Below are positions 7,361 to 18,252 of a stretch of 49,840 nucleotides of DNA, one piece after another. Position 1 is the first letter of the stretch. The number at the start of each line of letters is the position of its first letter. Location of the stretch: positions 1 through 49,840 of the forward strand of contig JBBEBJ010000242.1 in the NCBI GenBank assembly GCA_040882425.1, in the 5' to 3' direction. This DNA comes from Chloroflexota bacterium (lineage in GTDB: Bacteria > Chloroflexota > Limnocylindria > Limnocylindrales > CSP1-4). Both the position numbers and the translations under genes were made by a program. The notes beneath the pieces were generated by a model. That model ran no database searches. It saw only the letters and a list, made by a program, of their open reading frames with translations, and was not told where the DNA came from.

Positions 7361-9712
7361 ATGGACCTTCGCTCGGCCGTCCTCCTGGAGTATCCGGCCG
7401 TCCGCGCCCGGCTGGCCGAGACCACCTCGTTCCCGCCGTCGCGCCACCTCGCCGAGACCCTCGAGCCGTCGGCCGACCCGGTGATCGTCGGTCGGGGTCT
7501 CGACGAGACCGACCAGATGCGGTCGCTGCTCGAGGAGCGGCCGGGCGTCGGGATCGGGGGCGCCCACGACATCGGGCCCGCCATCGAGCGCGCGGCCCGG
7601 GGCGGTCGCCTGGAACCGGCCCAGTTCCTGGAGATCGCGGATACGCTCGATGCCACGTCCCGGCTGGCGACGACCCTCGCCGACGAACGCCGGCCGCTCC
7701 TCCGCGACCTCGGCCCGGAGCTCCACGCCCTGCCGGCGCTTCGCTCGACCCTGGCCCGCAGCTTCGACCCGGTCGGCGAGCTCCTCGACACCGCCTCGCC
7801 GCGGCTGGGCGGCCTGCGTGCCGCCGTCCGGGTCGCGTACGACCGGCTCCGCCGGCGCCTGGACGCCCTCGTCGGGGCCGAGCTCGGCAGCGCCCTCCAG
7901 GAACCGATCGTCACGTTGCGCAACGGCCGTTACGTGGTCCCGGTCAAGGCCGAGGCTCGAGGTCGGGTCAAGGGCATCGTCCACGACGCGTCGGGCAGCG
8001 GCCAGACCCTGTTCATCGAGCCGCTTGTCGTCGTCGAGCTCGGCAACGCGTGGCGCGAGGCGCAGGTCGCCGAAGGCGAGGAGGTCGCGCGCATTCTCGA
8101 CGAGCTCTCGGCCTTCGTCGCGGCGAATGCGGCCGACCTCCGTGAGACCCTCGGGGCGCTGGCGCGCTTCGACCTCTGGGCGGCCAAGGCGGCCCTGTCC
8201 TCGGAGATGAACGCCTCGCGCGCGGAGACCGTGGAACGGTTCGAGGTCGAGCTCCTGTCGGCCCGCCATCCGGGCCTGACGGGCCGCGTCGTACCGATCG
8301 ACATCCGGCTCGGCGATGGATACACGGCGCTGGTCGTGACCGGTCCGAACACCGGTGGCAAGACGGTGACGCTGCGGACGCTCGGCCTGCTGAGCCTGAT
8401 GCACCAGGCCGGGTTGCACGTGCCCGCGGCACCCGGCAGCCGGTTGCCCATCTGGCGCGACGTGTTCGCGGACATCGGCGACGAGCAGTCGATCGCCCAG
8501 TCACTGTCCACCTTCTCCGGCCACCTCCGCTCGATCATCAGGATCGTCGAGTCGGCGGGTCCGGGGACCCTCGTCCTGCTCGACGAGCTCGGCGCGGGCA
8601 CCGATCCGACCGAGGGATCCGCCCTCGCCCAGGCGCTCCTCGACCACTTCATCCGGGCCGGCGCCCTCGTGGCGGCGACGACCCACTACGCCGAGCTCAA
8701 GGCCTACGCCCACACCACGACAGGTGTTCGAAACGCCGCGGTCGAGTTCGATCTCGAGACGCTTTCGCCGACCTATCGGCTCACGATCGGGCTGCCCGGC
8801 GGCAGCCAGGCGTTCGCGATCGCCGAGCGTCTCGGTCTCGACGAGGCGATCGTCGACGACGCACGCTCGAGGTTGACCGAATCGCAGCGGTCGTTCGAGG
8901 CGACCCTGGCCGCGATCCGCACAACCGAGGGTGAGACGAGCGACGCGCTCGACCGGGCCAGGGCGGCCGAGCTGCGGTCGGTCGAGCAGCTCCGGATCGC
9001 CGAGGAGGAACGCCGCCGAGCCCGACGCGAGCGCGACGAGGCGGTGCAGGCCGCGCGGGCCGCCGCCGAACGGATCGTCGAGGACCTTCGTGCGGAGGTC
9101 GACCAGGCGCGCCTGGCGCTGGAGCGCGAGACGTTGACCGCGACCGCGCTCGACCAGGCGATCAGCGAGGCGGAGGCCAGCCTCGAACGGCTGCCGGCCA
9201 CCGAGCCCGTTCCCGTGCCCGAGCCGATCGAGACGCGGAGCTGGCGACTCGGCGAGCGCGCGCGCAGCCGATCGGGCGGCTGGGAAGGGAGGATCGCGGC
9301 GCTCGAGCGGGGAGGACGACGCGCGACGCTCGAGGCCGGCGGGATGCGGGTCACCGTGGACGTGGATGACCTCGTCCTCGCCGTGGGCGGCGAGGTGCCC
9401 CCTGCGGAGGCCACGGCCGAGGCCGCACCGAACACGAACGCGTCGGCCCTGCGGCTCGATCGAGCGAGGCACGTCGCGTCGTCGCTCGACCTGCGGGGTG
9501 CGCGCGTCGAGGAGGCGCTCGAGGCGCTGAGCCGCTACCTCGACGACGCCGGTCTGGCCGGCCTGAACAAGGTGCTGATCATCCACGGCATGGGCACGGG
9601 TGCGCTCCGCGACGCCGTTCGCGCCGAGGCGTCCGGCCATCCGTTGGTCCGCTCGCTCCGCCCCGGGGAGCGCGGCGAGGGTGGCGACGGCGCAACGATC
9701 GTCGAGCTGTAG
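7361..9712 (+). CDS. mutS2: Endonuclease MutS2 (MutS domain plus C-terminal Smr domain)
   Basis: Walker A GPNTGGKTVTLRTLG and DELGAGTDPTEGSALA are present, followed by a coiled-coil region. The Smr domain reads LDLRGARVEEALEALSRYLDDA..LIIHGMGTGALR. ATG 7361 (MDLRSAVLLEYP..) is preferred over the track start 7049, whose extension overlaps mpg. Confidence 0.93.
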   Translation: MDLRSAVLLEYPAVRARLAETTSFPPSRHLAETLEPSADPVIVGRGLDETDQMRSLLEERPGVGIGGAHDIGPAIERAARGGRLEPAQFLEIADTLDATSRLATTLADERRPLLRDLGPELHALPALRSTLARSFDPVGELLDTASPRLGGLRAAVRVAYDRLRRRLDALVGAELGSALQEPIVTLRNGRYVVPVKAEARGRVKGIVHDASGSGQTLFIEPLVVVELGNAWREAQVAEGEEVARILDELSAFVAANAADLRETLGALARFDLWAAKAALSSEMNASRAETVERFEVELLSARHPGLTGRVVPIDIRLGDGYTALVVTGPNTGGKTVTLRTLGLLSLMHQAGLHVPAAPGSRLPIWRDVFADIGDEQSIAQSLSTFSGHLRSIIRIVESAGPGTLVLLDELGAGTDPTEGSALAQALLDHFIRAGALVAATTHYAELKAYAHTTTGVRNAAVEFDLETLSPTYRLTIGLPGGSQAFAIAERLGLDEAIVDDARSRLTESQRSFEATLAAIRTTEGETSDALDRARAAELRSVEQLRIAEEERRRARRERDEAVQAARAAAERIVEDLRAEVDQARLALERETLTATALDQAISEAEASLERLPATEPVPVPEPIETRSWRLGERARSRSGGWEGRIAALERGGRRATLEAGGMRVTVDVDDLVLAVGGEVPPAEATAEAAPNTNASALRLDRARHVASSLDLRGARVEEALEALSRYLDDAGLAGLNKVLIIHGMGTGALRDAVRAEASGHPLVRSLRPGERGEGGDGATIVEL

Positions 9713-9734
9713 CCGGGATCGCGGCCAGCCACAG

Positions 9735-12647
9735 CTAGCTGCAGCCGGGAGCCCTGTCGCGTTCGCGGAACCGCAGGTCCACGCTGGTGCCGGGTTGGAG
9801 GAACGTTCCCGGGGCAGGATCGGCTTCGGTGACGACGTCCCCGTCCTCGATGTTGCCGGGTCTCACGTCGCCGACCGCAAGCCCGGCGGTGTTGAGCGCA
9901 GCCGCGGCCTCCTCGAGGGTCATGCAGTAGAGATTCGGGACGACGACGAACCCCTCCGCCGGCGGGACGCACGGCGTGGCGAACGGGTCGAACGGATCGG
10001 GTGGCGCGAACGGATCGCAGACGACCGGTGGTGCGACGATCGGACAGAGCGCGGTCGGGGCGAAGGGTGCCCCCCACGTGCGCCCGAATGGCGCGAACGA
10101 GTTGTTGTAGAAGTACGAGGTCCGGGTCCCCTCGGGACCGCCGCGTACGCCGGCGCCCTTCGCCGCGCGGGCACCCCAGTCCGCATTGGCCTGCTGCCAG
10201 CTCGCGTGGTCGGCCTCGACCCGTGACAGGTCGAAGAAGCCACGCGTCACCTGCGGGCCGGCACAACCCTCCTGCCAGAGCAGGTCCGACGCCTCGTCGA
10301 TCTGGGCGGTGACTCGACTCGTCTCGTCCTGCGTCGGCACGGTCCCCGGCAGGAACAGCTCCCGGACGGTACGCGTCGTGAACGGACCTGGCCGGAGCCC
10401 GGTGAAGGCATCGACCTCGGCGACCTCGAGATCGTCCGGCCGGACGAACTCGGCGATCGGCATGCCGGCGCTGATCTCGCTCAGGATCGCCGACCACAGG
10501 GGCGCTGACGTATCGAGCGAGAGTTTGCCGTCGTTGGGCGTGTTGTCGCTGTTGCCCATCCAGACACCGACCGCGAGCGCGGGCGTCGTGTCGTCGGTTG
10601 GCGGGGCGAGATACCCGTAGGCCGCGACGTCGCGGTTGTCGCTTGTCGTGCCGGTCTTGTAGGCGGCGGGTCGGCGCGTGTCGCCATCGAAGATCGCCCA
10701 CTTGCCCCAGTAGGGGTTGATCCGCCGGTCGGTGTTACCGGCCAGGATGTCGGTCACGATGTATGCGGCACCGCTGCTGACCACGCGAACGCCCCGCTGG
10801 GCGAGATCGCTCAGCGGCCAGACCGTGGTGCCGTTCACGTCGACCACGGATTGGATCACGCGTCGCGGGACGTGGATGCCGCCGTCGGCGATCGTGGCGT
10901 ACGCGCTGAGCAGCTCGATCGGGTGGACCTCCAGGGTGCCGATGCCCATCGACACGACCGGGATGGCCGTGTTCGGGTAGGTCAGGCCGAGGTCCTTCGA
11001 CCGGGTGAACACGCGGTCGAGCCCGGCGATCATCGTGCTCTTGATCGCCGGGATGTTGAGCGAGAACTGGAGGGCGGAGCGGACGCGGACGGGCCCACGC
11101 TCGAGCTTGTCGGCCTGGGTCGGGGTGTACTCGTTGCCGAAGTCGGTGACGACGTCCATGAGCATCGAGGACGCGGTGATCGCCCGGTCGTCGATCCCGA
11201 TCACGTACCCGATCGGCTTGATGGCCGACCCAGGCTGCCGCCAGCCGTCCGCCAGGACGTCGAACTGGGGCTGGAACTTCTCGTTCCCATTCGCCGTGTA
11301 GCTCGCGCTGCCGACGTACGCGAGGATCTCGCCCGTTCGGTAGTCCATGACGGCCGAAGCGGCGTTGTTGATGTTGTGGCCGCGCAGACCCAGGATCCAG
11401 CTGTGCTCCGAATCCGGGATCTTGCGGGCGTCGAGCACGGCCTGCGGATCGTTGGCATTTGGGGCGCGGGCGGCGACGTAGGTCCAGTTCTCGGCCACCT
11501 TCTGCATGTTCCAGTCGAGCGTCGTCGTGACCCTGAAACCGCCCGAGTCCACCCTGGGGCAGTCGTCGGGTGTCTCGGGACAGAAGATCAGGCCGAGGTC
11601 GTGGCGAACCTGCCAGACGAAATGAGGCGCCCGCCATCTGACCGAGACCTGCTCGACCAGCTCGGCGGGTTCGTCCTTGGCAGCCTCGTACTCGGCGGCC
11701 GCGTGGTCGTCGCCACTCAACGGGCTCCGGGTCTTCATCAGGTCGAGGATGTAGTTGCGGCGCTCGACGATCTCTGTCTCGGGTGGGACGACGAGCTTGA
11801 ATTTGGTGCAGTCGGCGCCCTCAGCGACTTCCTCCAGACACACCCGCTCGGCGTTGCGGACCAGGTCGAACCGGGTTGGGGACTGGGGGATCGCGGCCAG
11901 GATGGCGGCCTGGGCGAGGGTGAGCTCGTCGAGCGGTTTGCCGAAGTAGCTCTTTGCCGCGGCCTTCACGCCGTAGCTCTGGTTGCCGTAGAAGTTCTGG
12001 TTCAGGTAGGCGGTGATGATCTGTTCCTTGCCCTCCTCGCCGGGGAAGGCTTCGGTCAGCTTGATCGACTGGATGATCTCGCGGATCTTGCGATCGTAGG
12101 TCGAGCCCTCGAAGTCCTGCGGCCGGAGGAGACGCTGACGGACCAGCTGCTGGGTGATCGTGGACGCACCTCGCGGTCGTCCGGTGACCGTGTCGATCCC
12201 GGCCGAGATGATGGCGAACGGGTCGAAACCGGGGTTGGTCCAGAAGTCCTTGTCCTCGATGGCGGTCGTCGAATCGAGGACCTCGTTGGGGATCTCGTCG
12301 AATTCGACGAGCTCGCGCTTGAGATCGCCCAGGCGGGCGAGCTCGATCTTGCCGGTCCGGTCGTAGACGATCGTCTGCTGCTCGAATTCGATCGCCTTGA
12401 GGACGGCGGCAGGCTCCGGAAGGCCGGCGGCATACTGGTTGTACGTGCCGACGACCACGAGGAGGCCCACGAAGGCGACGACGAACCCGCCGACGAGGAT
12501 GGAGGCGAGGATCGTGCCGGCAACCGTGGCAACGGTCGTGCCGGTCCGTCCACCGGGGCGCCGCGCGAGCGCCCGTCGGCGGCGCTGGCGCCGCGCGAGG
12601 CTGGTCTGCATCTGGGGCCGCACGATAGCATAGGGGGCGTGAACCAA
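9735..12647 (-). CDS. Class A penicillin-binding protein (transglycosylase/transpeptidase) with C-terminal PASTA domain
   Basis: N-terminal TM anchor and a GT51 region (EDKDFWTNPGFD..GASTITQQLVR..KIREIIQSIKLTE). The transpeptidase motifs SAIKP and KTGTT are present. A Pro/Cys-rich linker is followed by PASTA (VVVPNLYCMTLEEAAAALNTAGLAVGDV..GTSVDLRF). TTG start has GGGAGG 10 nt upstream. Confidence 0.9.
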   Translation of the reverse strand: MVHAPYAIVRPQMQTSLARRQRRRRALARRPGGRTGTTVATVAGTILASILVGGFVVAFVGLLVVVGTYNQYAAGLPEPAAVLKAIEFEQQTIVYDRTGKIELARLGDLKRELVEFDEIPNEVLDSTTAIEDKDFWTNPGFDPFAIISAGIDTVTGRPRGASTITQQLVRQRLLRPQDFEGSTYDRKIREIIQSIKLTEAFPGEEGKEQIITAYLNQNFYGNQSYGVKAAAKSYFGKPLDELTLAQAAILAAIPQSPTRFDLVRNAERVCLEEVAEGADCTKFKLVVPPETEIVERRNYILDLMKTRSPLSGDDHAAAEYEAAKDEPAELVEQVSVRWRAPHFVWQVRHDLGLIFCPETPDDCPRVDSGGFRVTTTLDWNMQKVAENWTYVAARAPNANDPQAVLDARKIPDSEHSWILGLRGHNINNAASAVMDYRTGEILAYVGSASYTANGNEKFQPQFDVLADGWRQPGSAIKPIGYVIGIDDRAITASSMLMDVVTDFGNEYTPTQADKLERGPVRVRSALQFSLNIPAIKSTMIAGLDRVFTRSKDLGLTYPNTAIPVVSMGIGTLEVHPIELLSAYATIADGGIHVPRRVIQSVVDVNGTTVWPLSDLAQRGVRVVSSGAAYIVTDILAGNTDRRINPYWGKWAIFDGDTRRPAAYKTGTTSDNRDVAAYGYLAPPTDDTTPALAVGVWMGNSDNTPNDGKLSLDTSAPLWSAILSEISAGMPIAEFVRPDDLEVAEVDAFTGLRPGPFTTRTVRELFLPGTVPTQDETSRVTAQIDEASDLLWQEGCAGPQVTRGFFDLSRVEADHASWQQANADWGARAAKGAGVRGGPEGTRTSYFYNNSFAPFGRTWGAPFAPTALCPIVAPPVVCDPFAPPDPFDPFATPCVPPAEGFVVVPNLYCMTLEEAAAALNTAGLAVGDVRPGNIEDGDVVTEADPAPGTFLQPGTSVDLRFRERDRAPGCS

Positions 12648-12694
12648 CGGTCAGCCGCCTCCCGCTGGGTCGAGACGACTCGGGCCGGGTCCCT

Positions 12695-14008
12695 GTGACG
12701 AGCACCGTCCCGGTGGAGGGCGGACCGCAGCACGGGCTCGAAGGGCTGCTGGACGAGCTCGAATGGCGCGGCATCCTGCACGCGACCACGCCGGGACTCG
12801 CCGCGCGGCTCGCGACAGGGCAGCCGATCTCGGCCTACATCGGCTTCGACCCGTCCGCGCCGTCGCTGCACATCGGCAGCCTCGTGCCGATCTTCGGCCT
12901 GCTCCGGCTGCAACGGCGAGGCGGCCGACCCGTCGCCGTGGTGGGCGGCGGGACGGGGATGATCGGTGACCCATCCGGGCGGTCCGCGGAACGGAACCTG
13001 CTGGACCGCGACGCGCTCGAGGCGAACGTCGTGGCGCTGCGGGGGCAGCTCGAACGATTTCTGGACTTCACGCCTGGTTCGGGTGGCGCGCTGATGGTCA
13101 ACAACCTGGACTGGCTGGGCGAGGTCCGGCTGGTCGACTTCCTTCGCGACACGGGCAAACACTTCACGATCCCGTACATGCTCGCCAAGGATTCGGTGCA
13201 GATCCGGCTCGACCGGGGTCTCTCCTTCACCGAGTTCAGCTACATGCTCCTGCAGGCCTACGACTTCGCACATCTCCATCGGACGCTGGGCGTGGAGCTC
13301 CAGATGGGCGGCGCCGACCAGTGGGGCAACATCACGGCCGGCCTCGAGTTGATCCGGCGGCTATCGGGTGGCGACGAGGCCACCGAGGCGGCCCACGGGC
13401 TCGCGTACAAGCTGCTGCTCAACCCCTCCGGGACCAAGTTCGGCAAGAGCGAGGAGGGGGAATCCGTCTGGCTCGACCCGGATCGGACGTCGCCGTATGC
13501 CTTCTATCAGCACTGGCTGAATGCGGACGACCGTGACGTGGGGACTTACTTGCGCTGGTTCACCGAGTTCGGCCGCGAGGAGATCGAGGCGCTCGAGGCC
13601 GAGACGGAGCGCGCGCCCGAGGCACGGGCCGCGCAGCGGGCGCTCGCCCGTGACATCACCGCCCGGACGCATGGCGAGGCGGCCGCGGCCCAGGCGATCG
13701 CGGACTCGGACGCTCTGTTCGCGAAAACACCGGTTCTGGATCCGGCGATCCTGGAGTCTCTTCATGCAGCGATTGGCGGGTTCTACTTCTCCGAGAACCG
13801 GCTCGCCGCCGGTTCGAACACGCTGCTGACCGAAGCCGGCGTGTTCTCATCGAAGAGTGAAGGTCGACGGATGTTCGGCAGCGGTGGCGTGACGATCAAT
13901 GGCGTCCGGGTTACGGACCCGGACTTCGTCCCGGAACCGATCGCCGGGGAGTGGCTCGACGTCCGGATCGGCAAGCGTCGACGCGAGATCGGCCGCAGGG
14001 CTGAGTAG
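12695..14008 (+). CDS. tyrS: Tyrosine--tRNA ligase
   Basis: HIGS (HIGH-type) and KFGKS (KMSKS-type) motifs. ..AYDFAHLHRTLGVELQMGGADQWGNI.. and a C-terminal S4-like domain are present. Confidence 0.96.
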   Translation: MTSTVPVEGGPQHGLEGLLDELEWRGILHATTPGLAARLATGQPISAYIGFDPSAPSLHIGSLVPIFGLLRLQRRGGRPVAVVGGGTGMIGDPSGRSAERNLLDRDALEANVVALRGQLERFLDFTPGSGGALMVNNLDWLGEVRLVDFLRDTGKHFTIPYMLAKDSVQIRLDRGLSFTEFSYMLLQAYDFAHLHRTLGVELQMGGADQWGNITAGLELIRRLSGGDEATEAAHGLAYKLLLNPSGTKFGKSEEGESVWLDPDRTSPYAFYQHWLNADDRDVGTYLRWFTEFGREEIEALEAETERAPEARAAQRALARDITARTHGEAAAAQAIADSDALFAKTPVLDPAILESLHAAIGGFYFSENRLAAGSNTLLTEAGVFSSKSEGRRMFGSGGVTINGVRVTDPDFVPEPIAGEWLDVRIGKRRREIGRRAE

Positions 14009-14281
14009 GGAACCTCGGCGCCCCGGGTTCCATGGCCGCTCGGCCATCCCGGCGCCGCCGTCGGTCGTCATGCCGTGCGGCATGCCGCGTCACCCACGGT
14101 TTCATGCCAGAAGTCCACCTTGTGGTTCTTCGGCGCGATCAATGGTCGATTCCACGAGGTTGCGGCCTCCAGCAGGCGATCGCCAAGCGTGAACCGACAC
14201 GTCGGGCTGATGAGTCCGCAGCCGCGGGCTCCCGATCGCGGCCCAAGCGTCACCTGCTGGATCGTTGGCAGGAATTCAGCG

Positions 14282-15061
14282 CTAGCCTCTGTGCCGCTTG
14301 CGCAGTCGCGTAATCACGGCGCCAGGATCCAGGCTGCGTTCGGCCAGCAATACCAGGGCGTGATACACGAGATCGGCGGCTTCGCCGGCGAGCGCTTCCC
14401 GCGTCGCGGTGCGGTCGCCACCGTTCGCCTCGACCAACGCGTCGTCCTTGGCGGCGATGAGGACCTCGGTCGCCTCCTCGGTCACCTTGCGGGCGACCGC
14501 GTCCACTCCGCCGCTCAGGAGGTTCGCCGTGTAAGAGCCCTCCGGCCGCCCGGCGGCTCGCGACGCGATCGTCGACCAGAGCGTCTCGAGCCATTCGAAG
14601 CCCTGGGTCGAGCGTTCGGCCGGCGCCCCGTCGGGATCGAAGCAGCTCCGGGTCCCGCGGTGGCACGTCGGCCCGACGGGGTCGACGGTCAGCAGCACCG
14701 CGTCCGCGTCACAATCGGCCGCAAGGTCCACGAGGCGGAGCACGTTCCCGCTCGTCTCGCCCTTGCGCCACAAGCGAGCGCGCGACCGGGAGTGGAAGTG
14801 GACCTCGCCGGTGGCGAGCGTGGCCTCGAGCGCCTCGGCGTCCATCCAGGCGAGCATCACGACGCGCCCATCGGCCGCGTCCTGGACGACTGCGGGCACG
14901 AGACCGCGCTCGTCGTAGCGCAGTTCTGGCCGCTTTGCCGTCGCCGCGGCCCGCCGCTCCGCGCTGGGCGGTCCGTCTCCAGGCGCCCCGGCCCGCCGCT
15001 CCGCCGCCGCCCCGGCCGGCCGCTCCCCGGGTGCGCGGGCCAACCGCTTCGCCGCGGTCAT
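14282..15061 (-). CDS. hisIE: Bifunctional phosphoribosyl-AMP cyclohydrolase / phosphoribosyl-ATP pyrophosphatase
   Basis: The HisI part reads [56 protein letters not shown]. The HisE part reads [38 protein letters not shown] 15061 overlaps the hisF stop (ATGA). A roughly 45-aa Ala/Arg/Pro-rich N-terminal extension contains DNA direct repeats. Confidence 0.9.
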   Translation of the reverse strand: MTAAKRLARAPGERPAGAAAERRAGAPGDGPPSAERRAAATAKRPELRYDERGLVPAVVQDAADGRVVMLAWMDAEALEATLATGEVHFHSRSRARLWRKGETSGNVLRLVDLAADCDADAVLLTVDPVGPTCHRGTRSCFDPDGAPAERSTQGFEWLETLWSTIASRAAGRPEGSYTANLLSGGVDAVARKVTEEATEVLIAAKDDALVEANGGDRTATREALAGEAADLVYHALVLLAERSLDPGAVITRLRKRHRG

Positions 15062-15834
15062 GCCACCGCCTGCGGGACGAGCCGAACCGGGAGCCCCGCG
15101 GCGGCCATGGCCGCCTTGACGTCCGCGATCGCGTGGATCCGGCGATGGAAGATCGACGCGGCGAGCACCGCGTCGGCGCCCCCATCGCGGACCGCGGCGA
15201 CGAAATCCGCCGGACCGGCCGCGCCACCGGACGCGATCACCGGAACCTCCACCGTGGAACTGATCGCGCGCAGGAGCGCCGTGTCGAACCCGGACCCCGT
15301 GCCGTCGCGGTCGATCGAGGTGACCAGGAGCTCGCCGGCACCGAGCTCGACCGCACGGCGAGCCCATTCGAGCGCGCCAAGACCGGTCGGCGTTCGGCCT
15401 CCAGCGACGACGACCTCCCACGCGTCCGGAGTCCGCTGCAGCGCGTCGATCGCGACGACCACGGCTTGCCGCCCGAACCGTTCCGCGCACGCGGCGATCA
15501 GCCCGGGATCGGCGACGGCGGCCGTGTTGAGCGACACCTTGTCGGCGCCGGCGCGCAACACGTCGCGCATCTCGTCCACTGTTCGGACGCCGCCGCCGAC
15601 CGTGAGCGGGATGAACGCCCGTCGCGCCGTTCGCTCGACGATGTTGAGGAGCGTGGCGCGTCGCTCGGGCGCAGCGGTGATATCGAGAAACACGAGTTCG
15701 TCGGCCCCTTCGCGGGCGTACCGTTCGGCGAGCTCAGGCGGGTCGCCTTCGTCGACGAGATCGACGAACCGCGTCCCCTTGACCACGCGGCCGTCGGCCA
15801 CGTCGAGACACGGGATCACCCGACGGCGCAGCAT
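15058..15834 (-). CDS. hisF: Imidazole glycerol phosphate synthase, cyclase subunit
   Basis: [39 protein letters not shown].. and ..IASGGAG.. are canonical HisF sequences. Confidence 0.96.
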   Translation of the reverse strand: MLRRRVIPCLDVADGRVVKGTRFVDLVDEGDPPELAERYAREGADELVFLDITAAPERRATLLNIVERTARRAFIPLTVGGGVRTVDEMRDVLRAGADKVSLNTAAVADPGLIAACAERFGRQAVVVAIDALQRTPDAWEVVVAGGRTPTGLGALEWARRAVELGAGELLVTSIDRDGTGSGFDTALLRAISSTVEVPVIASGGAAGPADFVAAVRDGGADAVLAASIFHRRIHAIADVKAAMAAAGLPVRLVPQAVA

Positions 15835-16490
15835 CAGGCGGCCCGGACCAGGTCGACGAAGTTGGCGAGGAGTCGAAGCCCGTCCGTTCCGCTCCGTTCG
15901 GGGTGGAACTGAACGCCGACCATCGACCCACGCGCGACTGCGCTGACGAACGGCCGGCCGTGCGTCGTTCGCGCGAGCACCAGCTCGTCGGCATCGGCGG
16001 GCACGGCGCTGGTCGCGCCGCGGTCGGGTGGCGCGCCCGCATAGGAGTGCACGAAGTAGAAGTCGGCCCCGTCGTCGATGCCGTCGAAGATGGGGTGCGC
16101 CCGTGACCGCTCGACCTGGTTCCAGCCGATGTGCGGCAACGTGGGCGCGTCCACGAGTCGAACCGTCCGTCCGGGCAGCGTCCCGAACGTGACCGCCTCG
16201 TCCTCGTCGCTACCTTCGAAGAGCAGCTGCAGCCCGAGGCAGATCCCGAGGAACGGCCGGTCGGCCGCGAGCCAGGCCGCGATCGGGTCGACCAGGCCCT
16301 GGCGCTCGAGTCGGACCATCGCCGGCGCGGCCGCACCGACACCCGGCACGACGACCGCGTCGGTGCCGACCAGCCCGGCCCGGTCGGCGGCGATCCGGAC
16401 ATCCGCGCCGACACTCGTCAATGCCTGGTGGATGCTGACCAGGTTGCCGGCACCGTAGTCGACGACGGCCACCAGCGGCCGGTTGCTCAT
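15834..16490 (-). CDS. hisH: Imidazole glycerol phosphate synthase, glutamine amidotransferase subunit
   Basis: [59 protein letters not shown] 16490 overlaps the hisB stop (ATGA). Its stop shares 1 nt with the hisF ATG. Confidence 0.95.
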   Translation of the reverse strand: MSNRPLVAVVDYGAGNLVSIHQALTSVGADVRIAADRAGLVGTDAVVVPGVGAAAPAMVRLERQGLVDPIAAWLAADRPFLGICLGLQLLFEGSDEDEAVTFGTLPGRTVRLVDAPTLPHIGWNQVERSRAHPIFDGIDDGADFYFVHSYAGAPPDRGATSAVPADADELVLARTTHGRPFVSAVARGSMVGVQFHPERSGTDGLRLLANFVDLVRAA

Positions 16491-17113
16491 CCGAGGCTCC
16501 CCTTGGTGGACGCCACGCCGGCCCGTCGCGGATCGAGCTCGCAGGCAACGCGCAATGCGCGACCCAGCGACTTGAACGCCGCCTCGGCGAGGTGGTGATC
16601 GTTGCGACCGGTGCCCCACAGGTGGAGCGTGGCCCCGGCGGTCCGGGCGAATGCCTCGAGCCCATGCTCCACGAGCTGGAGCGGCAGCGCGCCGACGCGC
16701 TCGCCACGGAACGGGAGCTCGATCACCGCGTACGGTCGACCGCCGAGGTCGACAACGGACGTCGCGAGCGATTCATCCATCGGCACCGAGCTCTGGCCAA
16801 AGCGGGCAATCCCGACCCGGTCGCCGAGCGCCTCCGCGAAGGCGGCACCGAGCACGAGCGCGACGTCCTCGACGGTGTGGTGCTCGTCGACCTGGAGATC
16901 GCCATCGGCGTTGATCGCGAGGTCGAACAGACCGTGGTGGGCGAGCGAGCCCAGGAGGTGGTCGTAGAACCCGATCCCGGTGTCCACGGACGTCGAACCC
17001 GTCCCATCGAGGCCGAGCGTCACCGTGACCGAGGTCTCGCGCGTCGAGCGGGCGACGGTGACGCGCCGCCCCTCCCGGGGCCCCAGCGTAAGCTCGCCAT
17101 GCGGCGTCGTCAT
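16487..17113 (-). CDS. hisB: Imidazoleglycerol-phosphate dehydratase
   Basis: TRETSVTVTLGLDGTG..DTGIGFYDHLLGSLAHHG..DLQVDEHHTVEDVALVLG..GRNDHHLAEAAFKSLGRAL is the IGPD signature. Confidence 0.95.
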   Translation of the reverse strand: MTTPHGELTLGPREGRRVTVARSTRETSVTVTLGLDGTGSTSVDTGIGFYDHLLGSLAHHGLFDLAINADGDLQVDEHHTVEDVALVLGAAFAEALGDRVGIARFGQSSVPMDESLATSVVDLGGRPYAVIELPFRGERVGALPLQLVEHGLEAFARTAGATLHLWGTGRNDHHLAEAAFKSLGRALRVACELDPRRAGVASTKGSLG

Positions 17114-18252
17114 GCCGTCTCCTGTGCGATGGCCCGCGCCGCAGCCACCAGCCTGTCGTTTTCGTCCGGGTCGCGGACGGTCAGGCGGAGGCAGGCCGCC
17201 AACGGGTGCCCGGCCCCGAAGGTGCGGGGCACGAGGCCCCGCCGAAGCAGGCCGTCCGCGACGGCCGCCGAACGTTCCGGCGACCCGAAATCGACGAGGA
17301 CGAAGTTGGTGACCGACGGACCGACCGACCAGCCGGCCTCGCGCAGCGCGTCGCTCAGGCGCGTGCGTTCGCGAACGACCCGTGCGAGGTTCGATTCGAG
17401 GATCGAGTCGTCGAGGAGCGCCTCGGTGGCGATCGTGACCGAGACCACCGACACCGAGCCAGGCGGTCGGTACGGGTTGATCCGGGCGATGATCTGGGGA
17501 CGGGCGATGGCAAACCCGACCCGCAGGCCGGCGAGGGCGTAGGCCTTGCTGATCGTGCGGACCACGATGAGTCGCGGGTAGGCCTGCCGGAGCCCGACCA
17601 GCGACGTCCCGACGAACTCGGCGTACGCCTCGTCGAGGACGACGATCGGGGCCGGGCGGTCATCGGCCTCGGCATCGGCGGCGAGCACTGCCAGGAGCGC
17701 CTCGATCCGGCCATCCGGTTCGGCCAGCGCGGTCGGGTTGTTGGGGCTGCACAGCCAGACCACGGCGGCGTCGCGCGCGGCGGCACGGACCGCATCGGGA
17801 TCGAGGGCCCAGCCCTCGCTCGCCGGGCGCCGCGGCACGGCGACGACGGAGGCGCCACGCTGTTCCGTGCAGACTCTGTACATCGCGTAGGACGGCGTGG
17901 GCACCACCGCACGATGCTCGGCGGCGAGGAACGCCTTGGCGACGAGATCGAGGATCTCGTCGGCGCCCGCCCCGACCAGGAGCTCGTCCGTGCCAACGCC
18001 GTAGCGCGCGGCCGCGGCCGCCACCAACCGTCGGTAGTCGGACGGTGGGTATTCGGACAGGGGCGCATCGAACTCGCCGGCCGCCAGCAGGCGTTGGGCG
18101 AGCGCGGGCGGTGTCGGGGAGGTATTCAGGTCGAAGCGGACGATCGTGCGCGGATCGATGCCGTAGCGTGCCGCGACCTCTTCGTCCGTCGCCTCCCAGG
18201 TGTAGGTGGCAGGCGTCGTCGGCGAGCTGAACGTGACCGGGGTCGGGCTCAT
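17110..18252 (-). CDS. hisC: Histidinol-phosphate aminotransferase
   Basis: Class-II aminotransferase fold with ..VRFDLNTSP..PNNPT..RTISKAYALAGLRVGF (PLP lysine context). ATG 18252 overlaps the hisD stop. The track's longer N-terminus is an Arg/Pro-rich artefact. Confidence 0.93.
   Translation of the reverse strand: MSPTPVTFSSPTTPATYTWEATDEEVAARYGIDPRTIVRFDLNTSPTPPALAQRLLAAGEFDAPLSEYPPSDYRRLVAAAAARYGVGTDELLVGAGADEILDLVAKAFLAAEHRAVVPTPSYAMYRVCTEQRGASVVAVPRRPASEGWALDPDAVRAAARDAAVVWLCSPNNPTALAEPDGRIEALLAVLAADAEADDRPAPIVVLDEAYAEFVGTSLVGLRQAYPRLIVVRTISKAYALAGLRVGFAIARPQIIARINPYRPPGSVSVVSVTIATEALLDDSILESNLARVVRERTRLSDALREAGWSVGPSVTNFVLVDFGSPERSAAVADGLLRRGLVPRTFGAGHPLAACLRLTVRDPDENDRLVAAARAIAQETA

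Noticed and set aside
14009-14281. Small ORF 14068-14253(-) and hairpins (GGAACC-N11-GGTTCC at 14009-14031; CATGCC-gtgc-GGCATG at about 14069-14084) in the tyrS/hisIE convergent spacer
   Set aside because: The ORF has no RBS and no recognisable family. The hairpins lack U-tracts on either strand, so calling them intrinsic terminators is not justified.
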